Shown piece by piece: positions 1-7,622 of a stretch of DNA of 32,000 nt. Each line of letters begins with the position of its first letter. Within the stretch, counting starts at the first letter, position 1. The notes below the pieces were generated by a model. The model had not been told where the DNA came from. It made no database searches and saw nothing but the letters and a program-made list of their open reading frames with translations. This DNA is from Candidatus Brocadia sp. (GTDB lineage: Bacteria; Planctomycetota; Brocadiia; Brocadiales; Brocadiaceae): the NCBI GenBank assembly GCA_021650915.1, contig CP091279.1, positions 270,001-302,000 on the forward strand. The letters are read 5' to 3'. Position numbers and translations under genes: made by a program.

Positions 1-621
1 AGAAGTAACTGCAACGGAAATGCCTTTTTTGCCAGAGACGCGAACATTTGGTTTACCATCGGGAAAAGGCCATGTTTTTCCCACATGAGGAATCGGCTTG
101 AAAACACTCTCATCTCCATAAAGGATTATTCCCTTGGATTGAGAAGCGGAGCGTGTAATCCTGGGGAGTTCATATCTTTTCCATCTTCGGACTTCCTTAA
201 TGTCTTGTTCCAGCGCTCGCCTCTCAGGACTTTTACGCACAAGCCCCAACCTTCTCAAAAATCTCGGCATGTAGTCCCTGTGCATCTTTATGCCAAACTT
301 ATTTCGTATAAGAATTCGTACACGAGGCCCAGTCCAAAGATCAGAGGCAAAACCATAATCAGTTGCTGGCTGCCGCAGGAGATCCATCAATTTAAGGATA
401 GTTCTTTGTTCCAGTTTCGATGGAGCTCCTGTTGTCTTTCTGGATTTCAGTTGCTTAAGACCATGTTGGCGATATTTTCGGAGCCATCCAAACACGGTAG
501 AACGATTCAATCTCATGCCCTCTGCAATGTCTTCGACACGGATGCCTTGTTTTACCATGCGCACTGCGGTCATTCTCATAATCTCAAGCGTAGCATGATC
601 AATGCTATACCCATATGCCAT
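1..621 (-). CDS. IS630-family transposase, N-terminal 207 codons (gene continues beyond the left edge)
   Basis: It is absent from the ORF track because no stop lies inside the window. Hand translation of the minus strand from the ATG at 621-619 stays open to position 1: MAYGYSIDHATLEIMRMTAVRMVKQGIRVEDIAEGMRLNRSTVFGWLRKYRQHGLKQLKSRKTTGAPSKLEQRTILKLMDLL...GIILYGDESVFKPIPHVGKTWPFPDGKPNVRVSGKKGISVAVTS. An HTH N-terminus followed by a GDES first-Asp region is the IS630 pattern. The track ORF 85-642 (+) is its antisense shadow. Confidence 0.8.
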   Translation of the reverse strand, partial: MAYGYSIDHATLEIMRMTAVRMVKQGIRVEDIAEGMRLNRSTVFGWLRKYRQHGLKQLKSRKTTGAPSKLEQRTILKLMDLLRQPATDYGFASDLWTGPRVRILIRNKFGIKMHRDYMPRFLRRLGLVRKSPERRALEQDIKEVRRWKRYELPRITRSASQSKGIILYGDESVFKPIPHVGKTWPFPDGKPNVRVSGKKGISVAVTS

Positions 622-861
622 GCCGTTAGCATAGCGTATTAGTTGGAAAAAGTCTACTTAGTGTCTGAACGAAAACGCACTTTTTGTAAAAGTGCGAGGT
701 CGATTTTCTATTTACCAATAGATAATTTTAAGATTTGAGATTAGGGTTTTTGGCAAAAATACTGTTCTTTTACATATTTCCCTTGTTTTCCCCTTTATTT
801 TAGCCTTGTCTGGGCGTACCTGCCTCCCGGCAGACTGTTTTTCTTCGTGTTTTTTGCTTGC

Positions 862-1623
862 TTAGGCGGCTTTTCGCAACTTTTCGCACTGCTTCCGTGC
901 CTTCTCCTGCAGCACGTTTCCCAGCTTGTGCAAATTCGCAGCTAACACGCCCATTGCACAATATCTTTTAAAGGCATGCAGCCCTTTGTCCGGACACCTA
1001 TCCAAGCCGTGATGCTCCAAACGATTGATATCCGATTCTACCGCCGAGTGCTTGTGCCTTAGCTTCTTAAATGTCTTACCCGATTCCTCTTCCTGTTCCG
1101 CCTTATTCTTCTTGCCCTTCTTGGGAAGGATTACCTCTGGTATATACAAACTCAGCAACTCTTTATTCTCTTTCTTGTAAAAACCTTTATCAAAACTTAT
1201 ACTCTTTATTGTGCCTTCTCCGTAACGGCTCAACAACCTATCTGCCAATGGAATTACCAACGATACATCCGCCTGTTTTTCTCCTACCACATGGTCCACG
1301 ATGAAACCCCACTGATCGCTTGCTACCAGAATATTATGTCCCAACTCTACCCTTTTGTTTGACTTGCCTTTGTACAGCCACTCCGTATGCGGCTCAAACA
1401 ACGAATGAACCTTTTCTGCCGCCGGTATTACCTCATCCCGGATCACCCTTCTCTCCACCAGGTCTATCTGTTTATTCAACATCCCGTGAAAATACTCCAG
1501 TGTCCCTATTTTCCCTGCATGCTTGTCTACCTGGTTCGTCGTTAGCACCTTTTCGTAGATGGCTAACAGACTCGCTCCTATCTTTTCACTCAAACCCCTC
1601 GATAATTCCAAGTAACTCCTCAC
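862..1623 (-). CDS. IS transposase, downstream reading frame (copy A) carrying the second Asp and the Glu of the DDE triad
   Basis: This 253-aa track ORF carries SFDKGFY and RHKHSAVESDINRLEHHGLDRC, an IS4/IS5-type D and (Y)REK-like region. In this copy it lies in the +1 frame relative to the upstream frame. Confidence 0.8.
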   Translation of the reverse strand: MRSYLELSRGLSEKIGASLLAIYEKVLTTNQVDKHAGKIGTLEYFHGMLNKQIDLVERRVIRDEVIPAAEKVHSLFEPHTEWLYKGKSNKRVELGHNILVASDQWGFIVDHVVGEKQADVSLVIPLADRLLSRYGEGTIKSISFDKGFYKKENKELLSLYIPEVILPKKGKKNKAEQEEESGKTFKKLRHKHSAVESDINRLEHHGLDRCPDKGLHAFKRYCAMGVLAANLHKLGNVLQEKARKQCEKLRKAA

Positions 1624-2326
1624 ATGCTCTTCCTTGTTTTTCCCCCCCGCTGCTTGACGCCTTTGCGCTTATCCTCATCAGCTTTTTTAACTCTCTCCTC
1701 CAATATTTGCTCTTGCGCCATCCTTTCCCCGCCAGGATGCCTTCCTCTATTGCATCCTCTATCATGTCCAGACTCTTGCGTCCCGCATCCCACAATAAAT
1801 TCATATCGGTCGGAAAGTGTACATTCGTCTCTAACACATACGTATCCACCTTAATACACAGTCCTTCGTCCTTTTTTTTAACCAACTGATGCCCCGATGA
1901 TATCACCACTTCATTTATCTGCCTGAGGGTCTCCTCATCCAACAATCTTATATTGTCCTTGATGCTCTGCATCGAAAAAACCTTCGCCTCTCCAAATGCC
2001 GTCTCAACCCCCATTATCTGCCTGATAAGTTTGTGATGGTTGGCAAAATCCTCCAACCTGTCATAATCGGCATCTAACCCTAATCTTACCACCGACAACA
2101 CCAAAATATGCCATAAATCCATCCCATATCTTCCCGTCTTTTTCTTCCCCTTCGTTACCTTCGCCTCTAATATCCGGAATACCTCCTCGTTCAACTCCGG
2201 TGTAACATAGATATGTTGCAACGCCCTCAGTATCGGTGGTAGCTCATCTCGACTCTTTATTGGCAGTTTTACCCCTGAAATGGGTATGATGCCAAGCTTC
2301 AATTGCTGCTCAAATCTCTTTCTCAT
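1586..2326 (-). CDS. IS transposase, upstream reading frame (copy A, G7 allele)
   Basis: This 246-aa track ORF is identical to the copy B ORF up to the G run. It contains DTYVLETNVHFPTD, the candidate first catalytic Asp. It ends out of frame with the downstream part (...SSSGGEKQGRACEELLGIIEGFE*). Confidence 0.8.
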   Translation of the reverse strand: MRKRFEQQLKLGIIPISGVKLPIKSRDELPPILRALQHIYVTPELNEEVFRILEAKVTKGKKKTGRYGMDLWHILVLSVVRLGLDADYDRLEDFANHHKLIRQIMGVETAFGEAKVFSMQSIKDNIRLLDEETLRQINEVVISSGHQLVKKKDEGLCIKVDTYVLETNVHFPTDMNLLWDAGRKSLDMIEDAIEEGILAGKGWRKSKYWRRELKKLMRISAKASSSGGEKQGRACEELLGIIEGFE

Positions 2327-3027
2327 CTTCTATCGAATGTCCTTTGGCTAGTGGGTTAATGAACCGAATATTTGGACTCTTTATACCCAGAATCCCTTCA
2401 TTTTCGCCATATTTTACCCTTTTACCCGAAAAAATTCAATGACTTTCATGAACATTTTTCACCAGCTTCTCCTTACTTTACAGGGCTCTGGGGGGTTTCC
2501 GTTCAAACACTACTTAATTATGTCAGATATTATATTTTCAACCACTCGGGTATTCCATACTTCAAGGCACGCTTTTCTCCAGAATCCATGGGATCGGTAA
2601 TGATGCCGTTTCGGCATTCCTCCAGGACTCCATGACAGCCAAGCCATCGCTCCTTTAAGCACGGTGTCCTTGATCTCTCGCATTTTCAGGTGTTTCATAA
2701 CGTAAATTTTGGCGCTATCACCTCTGCAATAGATATTGCCAACGCCAATAACAAGAAAGACGTTTTTATTGTGTGTCTTCTGAGGGACTGAACCAAATAC
2801 ACAATGCTTTCGGTGTCAATAATAATGTTCGTGGCATAACCACAAAGGCAAGGTTACAATGCAAAAAGGCTAGGAAAAGAGGCATTGAAAATCAAGAATA
2901 GATCGAAAGTCTATGCAGTGAATGGATAAAACCGGTGCGAAAAAAACCATCACATAACAAATAGTGCTTTGGTAAGACGTTAATTGGCAGTGCGTTGTGA
3001 TTTATTTTGTTAATTATCAATATTTGG

Positions 3028-3055
3028 TTGCATTTATAATATTATAATGTATAAT
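3028..3055 (+). promoter_or_regulatory. Sigma-70-type promoter candidate for the LamG leader
   Basis: TTGCAT (3028-3033), a 16-nt spacer and TATAAT (3050-3055) lie in a very AT-rich tract. The predicted transcription start near 3062 is just upstream of the riboswitch-like element. Confidence 0.4.
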
Positions 3056-3082
3056 ATTCAATCTTTATTTGTAATAAAAAGC

Positions 3083-3172
3083 ATAATGATAAAGGCAAAC
3101 CCTGAGTGATCAGGGGGCGCAAAGTAAAAGGGTCTTACCGCAAAATGAGTTTGCGGGAAAAAAGTATTATCG
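3083..3172 (+). promoter_or_regulatory. Candidate c-di-GMP-I (GEMM-I) riboswitch aptamer
   Basis: 3094-3127 reads GGCAAACC-CUGA-GUGA-UCAG-GGGG-CGCAAAG. This has the same layout as the conserved 5' half of GEMM-I (Vc2: GGCAAACC-AUUC-GAAA-GAGU-GGGA-CGCAAAG), with a 4-bp helix capped by a GNRA tetraloop. It is followed by GGGUCU (3130-3135) and a second hairpin CCGCAAA/UUUGCGG (3138-3156). The closing helix is weak (AUAAU 3083-3087 with AUUAU 3166-3170), and I could not verify the 3' half from memory. Confidence 0.45.
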
Positions 3173-3300
3173 TAAACGCAGAGTTTGATTGTCCTTGTGT
3201 GCAGAGTCATAGAAATGGATTTATGCTGATGCACTTGTGTTGATCTATAGGCGTTTACTATAATGTTAAGCGTATTAAGAAAATACGCATTTATTAAGAC

Positions 3301-3356
3301 AGCCTTACTGCCAAAGATGTTTTTAATACGATCTTTACAGTAAGGCTTTTTTATTT
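3301..3356 (+). terminator. Intrinsic terminator in the LamG leader (possible riboswitch expression platform)
   Basis: A 10-bp stem AGCCTTACTG (3301-3310) / CAGTAAGGCT (3338-3347) is followed by TTTTTTATTT. It lies 45 nt upstream of the preferred ATG at 3402. A sequence-related copy sits at 28587-28645. Confidence 0.6.
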
Positions 3357-3401
3357 GATCTAAAACCCATGCGAAAATTAGAAAAAAGAGGGAGGATGAT
3401 T

Positions 3402-4976
3402 ATGCTGAGAATAAAGAATGTATGTCCTTATATGGTAGCACTCATAATGCCCGTGCTGTTAGGATTAATTGGAACTACAATGACAGTCAGTGCTCAGATG
3501 ACACCAACCCCAAGTCCCATTCCAGGGGAGCTTGCCCATTACTCTTTTGAGGAAGGCAGCGGAGTTAGTGCAGGCGATTCATCCGGTAACGGGAATGATG
3601 GTATCGTTTATGGCGCTACCTGGACAACAGGAAAAATAGGAAATGCACTGAGCTTTGATAATATCGATGATTACGTGTCGATCCCTACCCAGAATAGTGA
3701 TGAAATTTCCTTTTGCGCGTGGTTTTATAAGAATGAGAATGATACCGTAAATGCGGATACTTTATTTGATGGGCTAAGAAATCATTCTGATTTACAATTA
3801 AAAGAAGGCTTTAATTTTGTTTTTTTCAATAGCTCTCCTAATGTTTTAAGATTTATGGTTGAAACTCAGAATGCAGCTGGTGTAAAGATGCAGAGGGCTG
3901 CACAGTATAATTTTGTTAATTCTGTAGGGAGTTGGCATCATGTGGTTGGAACGTATAATAAGACAACGGGGGATCAGAAGTTGTTTGTCAATGGGCAGTT
4001 GGTTCATACTGTAAGTCACCAGGCAGGAAATACCATCGTCCCTTTAACTTATTTTCCAGATATGAAGATCGGCCAATCGGCGTCTTTAACAAGAAACGCT
4101 TACTTCAATGGAATTATTGACGAGGTATGTATTTTTAATCGACCATTGACTGGTGACGAGGTTATGGCTATCTATTCGGGCAGTCATGTAACACCAACGC
4201 CATCGCCGACGCCGGAACCATCACCAACACCTGAACCATCGCCAACTCCATCGCCGGAGCCTACACCAAGTCCGACACCAGACCCAACGCCAAATCCTAC
4301 TCCGAGTCCCATTTCAGGGGAGCTTGCACATTACTCGTTTGAGGAAGGGAGTGGAGTTAGTGTAGGCGATTCATCCGGTAACGGGAATGATGGTATTGTT
4401 TATGGCGCTACTTGGGCAGCAGGAAAAATAGGAAATGCGCTGAGCTTTGATAATATCGATGATTACGTATCGATTCCTACCCAGAATAGTGATGAAATTT
4501 CCTTTTGCGCGTGGTTTTATAAGTATGGAATTGATACCCTGAATCCGGATGGCTTATTTGGGGGACTTAGAAACAGTTCTCATACACAATTAAAAGAGGG
4601 TTTTGATTTTAAGTTTTTTTATAGTTCTCCTGATATATTAAGATTTACGGTTGAAACTCAGAACGCTACGGGTTTCCGTGTTCAGAGAAGCGCGCACTAT
4701 GATTTTGTTAATTCAGCAGGGAGTTGGCATCATGTGGTGGGTACGTACGACAAGACAACGGGGGACCAGAAGTTATATGTCGATGGGCAATTGGTTCATA
4801 CGGTAAGGCATCCTGCAGGAAATACCATTGTCCCCTTAACCTATTTTCCCGATATGAAAATCGGGCAATCAGGGCCTTTAACGAGAAACGCTTACTTCAA
4901 CGGAGTTATTGATGAGATACGCATCTTCAATCGACCATTGAGTGGCGATGAGGTCCTGGCTATCTACAATAACTAA
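3402..4976 (+). CDS. Secreted protein with two tandem LamG (Laminin_G_3 / concanavalin-A-like lectin) domains joined by a Pro/Thr/Ser linker
   Basis: The track ORF is 3369-4976. I prefer the ATG at 3402 (MLRIKNV...) because GGAGG at 3391-3395 lies 6 nt upstream. There is a signal peptide (VALIMPVLLGLIGTTMTVSAQ). LamG hallmarks occur twice: GNALSFDNIDDYVSIP, ISFCAWFY, GSWHHVVGTY..T..QKL(F/Y)V(N/D)GQLV and YFNG(I/V)IDE(V/I).IFNRPL(T/S)GDEV. The linker reads TPTPSPTPEPSPTPEPSPTPSPEPTPSPTPDPTPNPTPSP. Confidence 0.9.
   Translation: MLRIKNVCPYMVALIMPVLLGLIGTTMTVSAQMTPTPSPIPGELAHYSFEEGSGVSAGDSSGNGNDGIVYGATWTTGKIGNALSFDNIDDYVSIPTQNSDEISFCAWFYKNENDTVNADTLFDGLRNHSDLQLKEGFNFVFFNSSPNVLRFMVETQNAAGVKMQRAAQYNFVNSVGSWHHVVGTYNKTTGDQKLFVNGQLVHTVSHQAGNTIVPLTYFPDMKIGQSASLTRNAYFNGIIDEVCIFNRPLTGDEVMAIYSGSHVTPTPSPTPEPSPTPEPSPTPSPEPTPSPTPDPTPNPTPSPISGELAHYSFEEGSGVSVGDSSGNGNDGIVYGATWAAGKIGNALSFDNIDDYVSIPTQNSDEISFCAWFYKYGIDTLNPDGLFGGLRNSSHTQLKEGFDFKFFYSSPDILRFTVETQNATGFRVQRSAHYDFVNSAGSWHHVVGTYDKTTGDQKLYVDGQLVHTVRHPAGNTIVPLTYFPDMKIGQSGPLTRNAYFNGVIDEIRIFNRPLSGDEVLAIYNN
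3513..4967 (+). repeat. Intragenic tandem duplication (two 663-bp units, 3513-4175 and 4305-4967)
   Basis: The two units have equal length and align without gaps by eye at roughly 80-85% nucleotide identity. Each encodes one LamG domain. They are separated by the PT-rich linker. Confidence 0.9.
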
Positions 4977-5004
4977 CCTATTGGGTGCATATAGAAAGAC
5001 CACT

Positions 5005-5066
5005 ACAGCAGGTAGAGGGGATTTTCCTTATCAATAAACTGTGAAGGAACAACCTCTACCTGCTGT
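5005..5066 (+). terminator. Long perfect hairpin downstream of the LamG gene (terminator-like, no U-tract)
   Basis: ACAGCAGGTAGAGG (5005-5018) pairs perfectly with CCTCTACCTGCTGT (5053-5066). An inner TTCCTT/AAGGAA stem lies in the loop. It starts 29 nt after the LamG stop. Confidence 0.4.
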
Positions 5067-5484
5067 AACATTCCTTATAGAATAGTGGAATGAAAGAGAT
5101 GTTACTGGGATAGGAGAAGCATCAACACAATTGCCGGGATTCATGATCGTTTTCTTCCATTTCTTTTTATATGTCACACCTTCCGTACAAAAAGGTTCTG
5201 CATAAAAAAACTGAAAAAAATTTCACATATGGTCTTCTCTCTTCATTCCAAGGCATCCGGACCACGAACTAAGGGATGTGTGTTCTGCTGTTGCATCTTT
5301 GCCTTACAAAGCACCTAACGGTACCTTTAATGGCCGAAGGTCGGATGCCTTTTTTCATAGAGTCTTTCCGTCCCTTCAGAATGTTCATAGTTCCTGTAAA
5401 GCAGGTCTCTAATATCCAGGGTATCAATATTCTAACCCATTTGCCCTGTCGCTTTCTCCACGACGGTGTCAGCAGGATCCATTT

Positions 5485-5771
5485 TCATTTTGGCATTATT
5501 TTCAACCATTCATCCATGGTGAGTACGGGTACAATTTTCCCGGTTTGACTGGGTACCAGTGGAAGAAAGAATTCTACTGCTGCGCCGTAATCGATTGCTT
5601 CAAAGATGATAAAATAATCATGTTCTGTAACTGTTACGTATGCTCCCAGTATCGTTATGCCCTTTTCTTCTGCCAATTTTCTTCCTTCCCAGAACTTGCT
5701 TAGTATCTTTGCACCATCCGCACTCCTGCCGGGACAATTTTCCGGGGTGTGTGTCCAGTGGGCGATATATA
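5485..5771 (-). pseudogene. 3' fragment of an IS-split gene for a small secreted DUF3303/GYD-like protein
   Basis: It encodes ...YIAHWTHTPENCPGRSADGAKILSKFWEGRKLAEEKGITILGAYVTVTEHDYFIIFEAIDYGAAVEFFLPLVPSQTGKIVPVLTMDEWLKIMPK*. This is colinear with, and highly similar to, the intact gene at 17191-17613. The track ORF 5485-5910 is a chimera whose first 46 codons are IS sequence. Confidence 0.85.
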
Positions 5772-5955
5772 GTGTTTGAACGGAAACCCCCCAGAGCCCT
5801 GTAAAGTAAGGAGAAGCTGGTGAAAAATGTTCATGAAAGTCATTGAATTTTTTCGGGTAAAAGGGTAAAATATGGCGAAAATGAAGGGATTCTGGGTATA
5901 AAGAGTCCAAATATTCGGTTCATTAACCCACTAGCCAAAGGACATTCGATAGAAG

Positions 5956-6663
5956 ATGAGAAAGAGATTTGAGCAGCAATTGAAGCTTGGCATCATACCC
6001 ATTTCAGGGGTAAAACTGCCAATAAAGAGTCGAGATGAGCTACCACCGATACTGAGGGCGTTGCAACATATCTATGTTACACCGGAGTTGAACGAGGAGG
6101 TATTCCGGATATTAGAGGCGAAGGTAACGAAGGGGAAGAAAAAGACGGGAAGATATGGGATGGATTTATGGCATATTTTGGTGTTGTCGGTGGTAAGATT
6201 AGGGTTAGATGCCGATTATGACAGGTTGGAGGATTTTGCCAACCATCACAAACTTATCAGGCAGATAATGGGGGTTGAGACGGCATTTGGAGAGGCGAAG
6301 GTTTTTTCGATGCAGAGCATCAAGGACAATATAAGATTGTTGGATGAGGAGACCCTCAGGCAGATAAATGAAGTGGTGATATCATCGGGGCATCAGTTGG
6401 TTAAAAAAAAGGACGAAGGACTGTGTATTAAGGTGGATACGTATGTGTTAGAGACGAATGTACACTTTCCGACCGATATGAATTTATTGTGGGATGCGGG
6501 ACGCAAGAGTCTGGACATGATAGAGGATGCAATAGAGGAAGGCATCCTGGCGGGGAAAGGATGGCGCAAGAGCAAATATTGGAGGAGAGAGTTAAAAAAG
6601 CTGATGAGGATAAGCGCAAAGGCGTCAAGCAGCGGGGGGGGAAAAACAAGGAAGAGCATGTGA
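5956..6663 (+). CDS. IS transposase, upstream reading frame (copy B, G8 allele)
   Basis: This is a 235-aa track ORF. Its frame reads GGG GGG GGA AAA ACA across the run and stops at 6661-6663. Confidence 0.8.
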   Translation: MRKRFEQQLKLGIIPISGVKLPIKSRDELPPILRALQHIYVTPELNEEVFRILEAKVTKGKKKTGRYGMDLWHILVLSVVRLGLDADYDRLEDFANHHKLIRQIMGVETAFGEAKVFSMQSIKDNIRLLDEETLRQINEVVISSGHQLVKKKDEGLCIKVDTYVLETNVHFPTDMNLLWDAGRKSLDMIEDAIEEGILAGKGWRKSKYWRRELKKLMRISAKASSSGGGKTRKSM

Positions 6664-7421
6664 GGAGTTACTTGGAATTATCGAGGGGTTTGAGTGAAAA
6701 GATAGGAGCGAGTCTGTTAGCCATCTACGAAAAGGTGCTAACGACGAACCAGGTAGACAAGCATGCAGGGAAAATAGGGACACTGGAGTATTTTCACGGG
6801 ATGTTGAATAAACAGATAGACCTGGTGGAGAGAAGGGTGATCCGGGATGAGGTAATACCGGCGGCAGAAAAGGTTCATTCGTTGTTTGAGCCGCATACGG
6901 AGTGGCTGTACAAAGGCAAGTCAAACAAAAGGGTAGAGTTGGGACATAATATTCTGGTAGCAAGCGATCAGTGGGGTTTCATCGTGGACCATGTGGTAGG
7001 AGAAAAACAGGCGGATGTATCGTTGGTAATTCCATTGGCAGATAGGTTGTTGAGCCGTTACGGAGAAGGCACAATAAAGAGTATAAGTTTTGATAAAGGT
7101 TTTTACAAGAAAGAGAATAAAGAGTTGCTGAGTTTGTATATACCAGAGGTAATCCTTCCCAAGAAGGGCAAGAAGAATAAGGCGGAACAGGAAGAGGAAT
7201 CGGGTAAGACATTTAAGAAGCTAAGGCACAAGCACTCGGCGGTAGAATCGGATATCAATCGTTTGGAGCATCACGGCTTGGATAGGTGTCCGGACAAAGG
7301 GCTGCATGCCTTTAAAAGATATTGTGCAATGGGCGTGTTAGCTGCGAATTTGCACAAGCTGGGAAACGTGCTGCAGGAGAAGGCACGGAAGCAGTGCGAA
7401 AAGTTGCGAAAAGCCGCCTAA
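6489..7421 (+). CDS. IS transposase, downstream reading frame (copy B); the homologous part starts at about 6645
   Basis: This track ORF lies in the -1 frame relative to 5956-6663. From ...GGKNKEEHVRSYLELSRG onward it is identical to copy A ORF 862-1623. Confidence 0.8.
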   Translation: MGCGTQESGHDRGCNRGRHPGGERMAQEQILEERVKKADEDKRKGVKQRGGKNKEEHVRSYLELSRGLSEKIGASLLAIYEKVLTTNQVDKHAGKIGTLEYFHGMLNKQIDLVERRVIRDEVIPAAEKVHSLFEPHTEWLYKGKSNKRVELGHNILVASDQWGFIVDHVVGEKQADVSLVIPLADRLLSRYGEGTIKSISFDKGFYKKENKELLSLYIPEVILPKKGKKNKAEQEEESGKTFKKLRHKHSAVESDINRLEHHGLDRCPDKGLHAFKRYCAMGVLAANLHKLGNVLQEKARKQCEKLRKAA

Positions 7422-7622
7422 GCAAGCAAAAAACACGAAGAAAAACAGTCTGCCGGGAGGCAGGTACGCCCAGACAAGGCTAAAATAAAGGGGAAAACAA
7501 GGGAAATATGTAAAAGAACAGTATTTTTGCCAAAAACCCTAATCTCAAATCTTAAAATTATCTATTGGTAAATAGAAAATCGACCTCGCACTTTTACAAA
7601 AAGTGCGTTTTCGTTCAGACAC

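Larger units (their letters stand above)
661..2510 (-). mobile_element. 1.85-kb IS element, copy A (IS4/IS5-superfamily DDE transposase; family unresolved, ISNCY/IS1182-like by recollection only)
   Basis: This 1850-bp copy is the reverse complement of 5772-7622, and the only difference I found is a C7/G7 run (1642-1648) versus G8. The termini GTGTCTGAACGAAAAC (661->) and GTGTTTGAACGGAAAC (2510<-) form an imperfect inverted repeat of about 17 bp. The direct repeat TACTTA abuts both ends (655-660 and 2511-2516). Confidence 0.85.
5772..7622 (+). mobile_element. 1.85-kb IS element, copy B (same IS as 661-2510, opposite orientation)
   Basis: It is 1851 bp long with the same imperfect terminal inverted repeats as copy A. 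The direct repeat TATATA abuts both ends (5766-5771 and 7623-7628). It carries a G8 run at 6634-6641. Confidence 0.85.

Noticed and set aside
85-642. 185-aa plus-strand ORF from the track
   Set aside because: It lies exactly antisense to a clean IS630-type transposase reading frame (1-621, minus strand). Its product has no recognisable features.
1071-1889. Long plus-strand ORFs inside IS copy A (77, 189 and 76 aa) and their mirror images at 6393-7212 in copy B
   Set aside because: They are antisense shadows of the purine-rich transposase coding strand. Their products are Pro/Ser/Leu-rich and low in complexity, and no start context supports them.
2510-2698. 62-aa minus-strand ORF abutting IS copy A
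   Set aside because: I recognise no family and see no obvious RBS. It may be part of the IS630 element's upstream region. It is kept only as context for the nested-insertion note.
3513-4967. Diversity-generating retroelement (TR/VR pair) explanation for the two LamG repeats
   Set aside because: Substitutions between the units involve all four bases, not adenine positions only. No reverse transcriptase gene is present, and both units are translated as domains of one protein.
5485-5910. 141-aa ORF read as one intact gene
   Set aside because: It is a chimera. Codons 1-46 are IS left-end sequence, and the same 46 residues head ORF 2372-2635 at the other copy. Only the remainder is genuine gene sequence.
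661-7622. Composite transposon carrying the LamG gene
   Set aside because: The outer flanks differ (TACTTA versus TATATA), and each copy has its own matched pair. The two IS copies therefore inserted independently.
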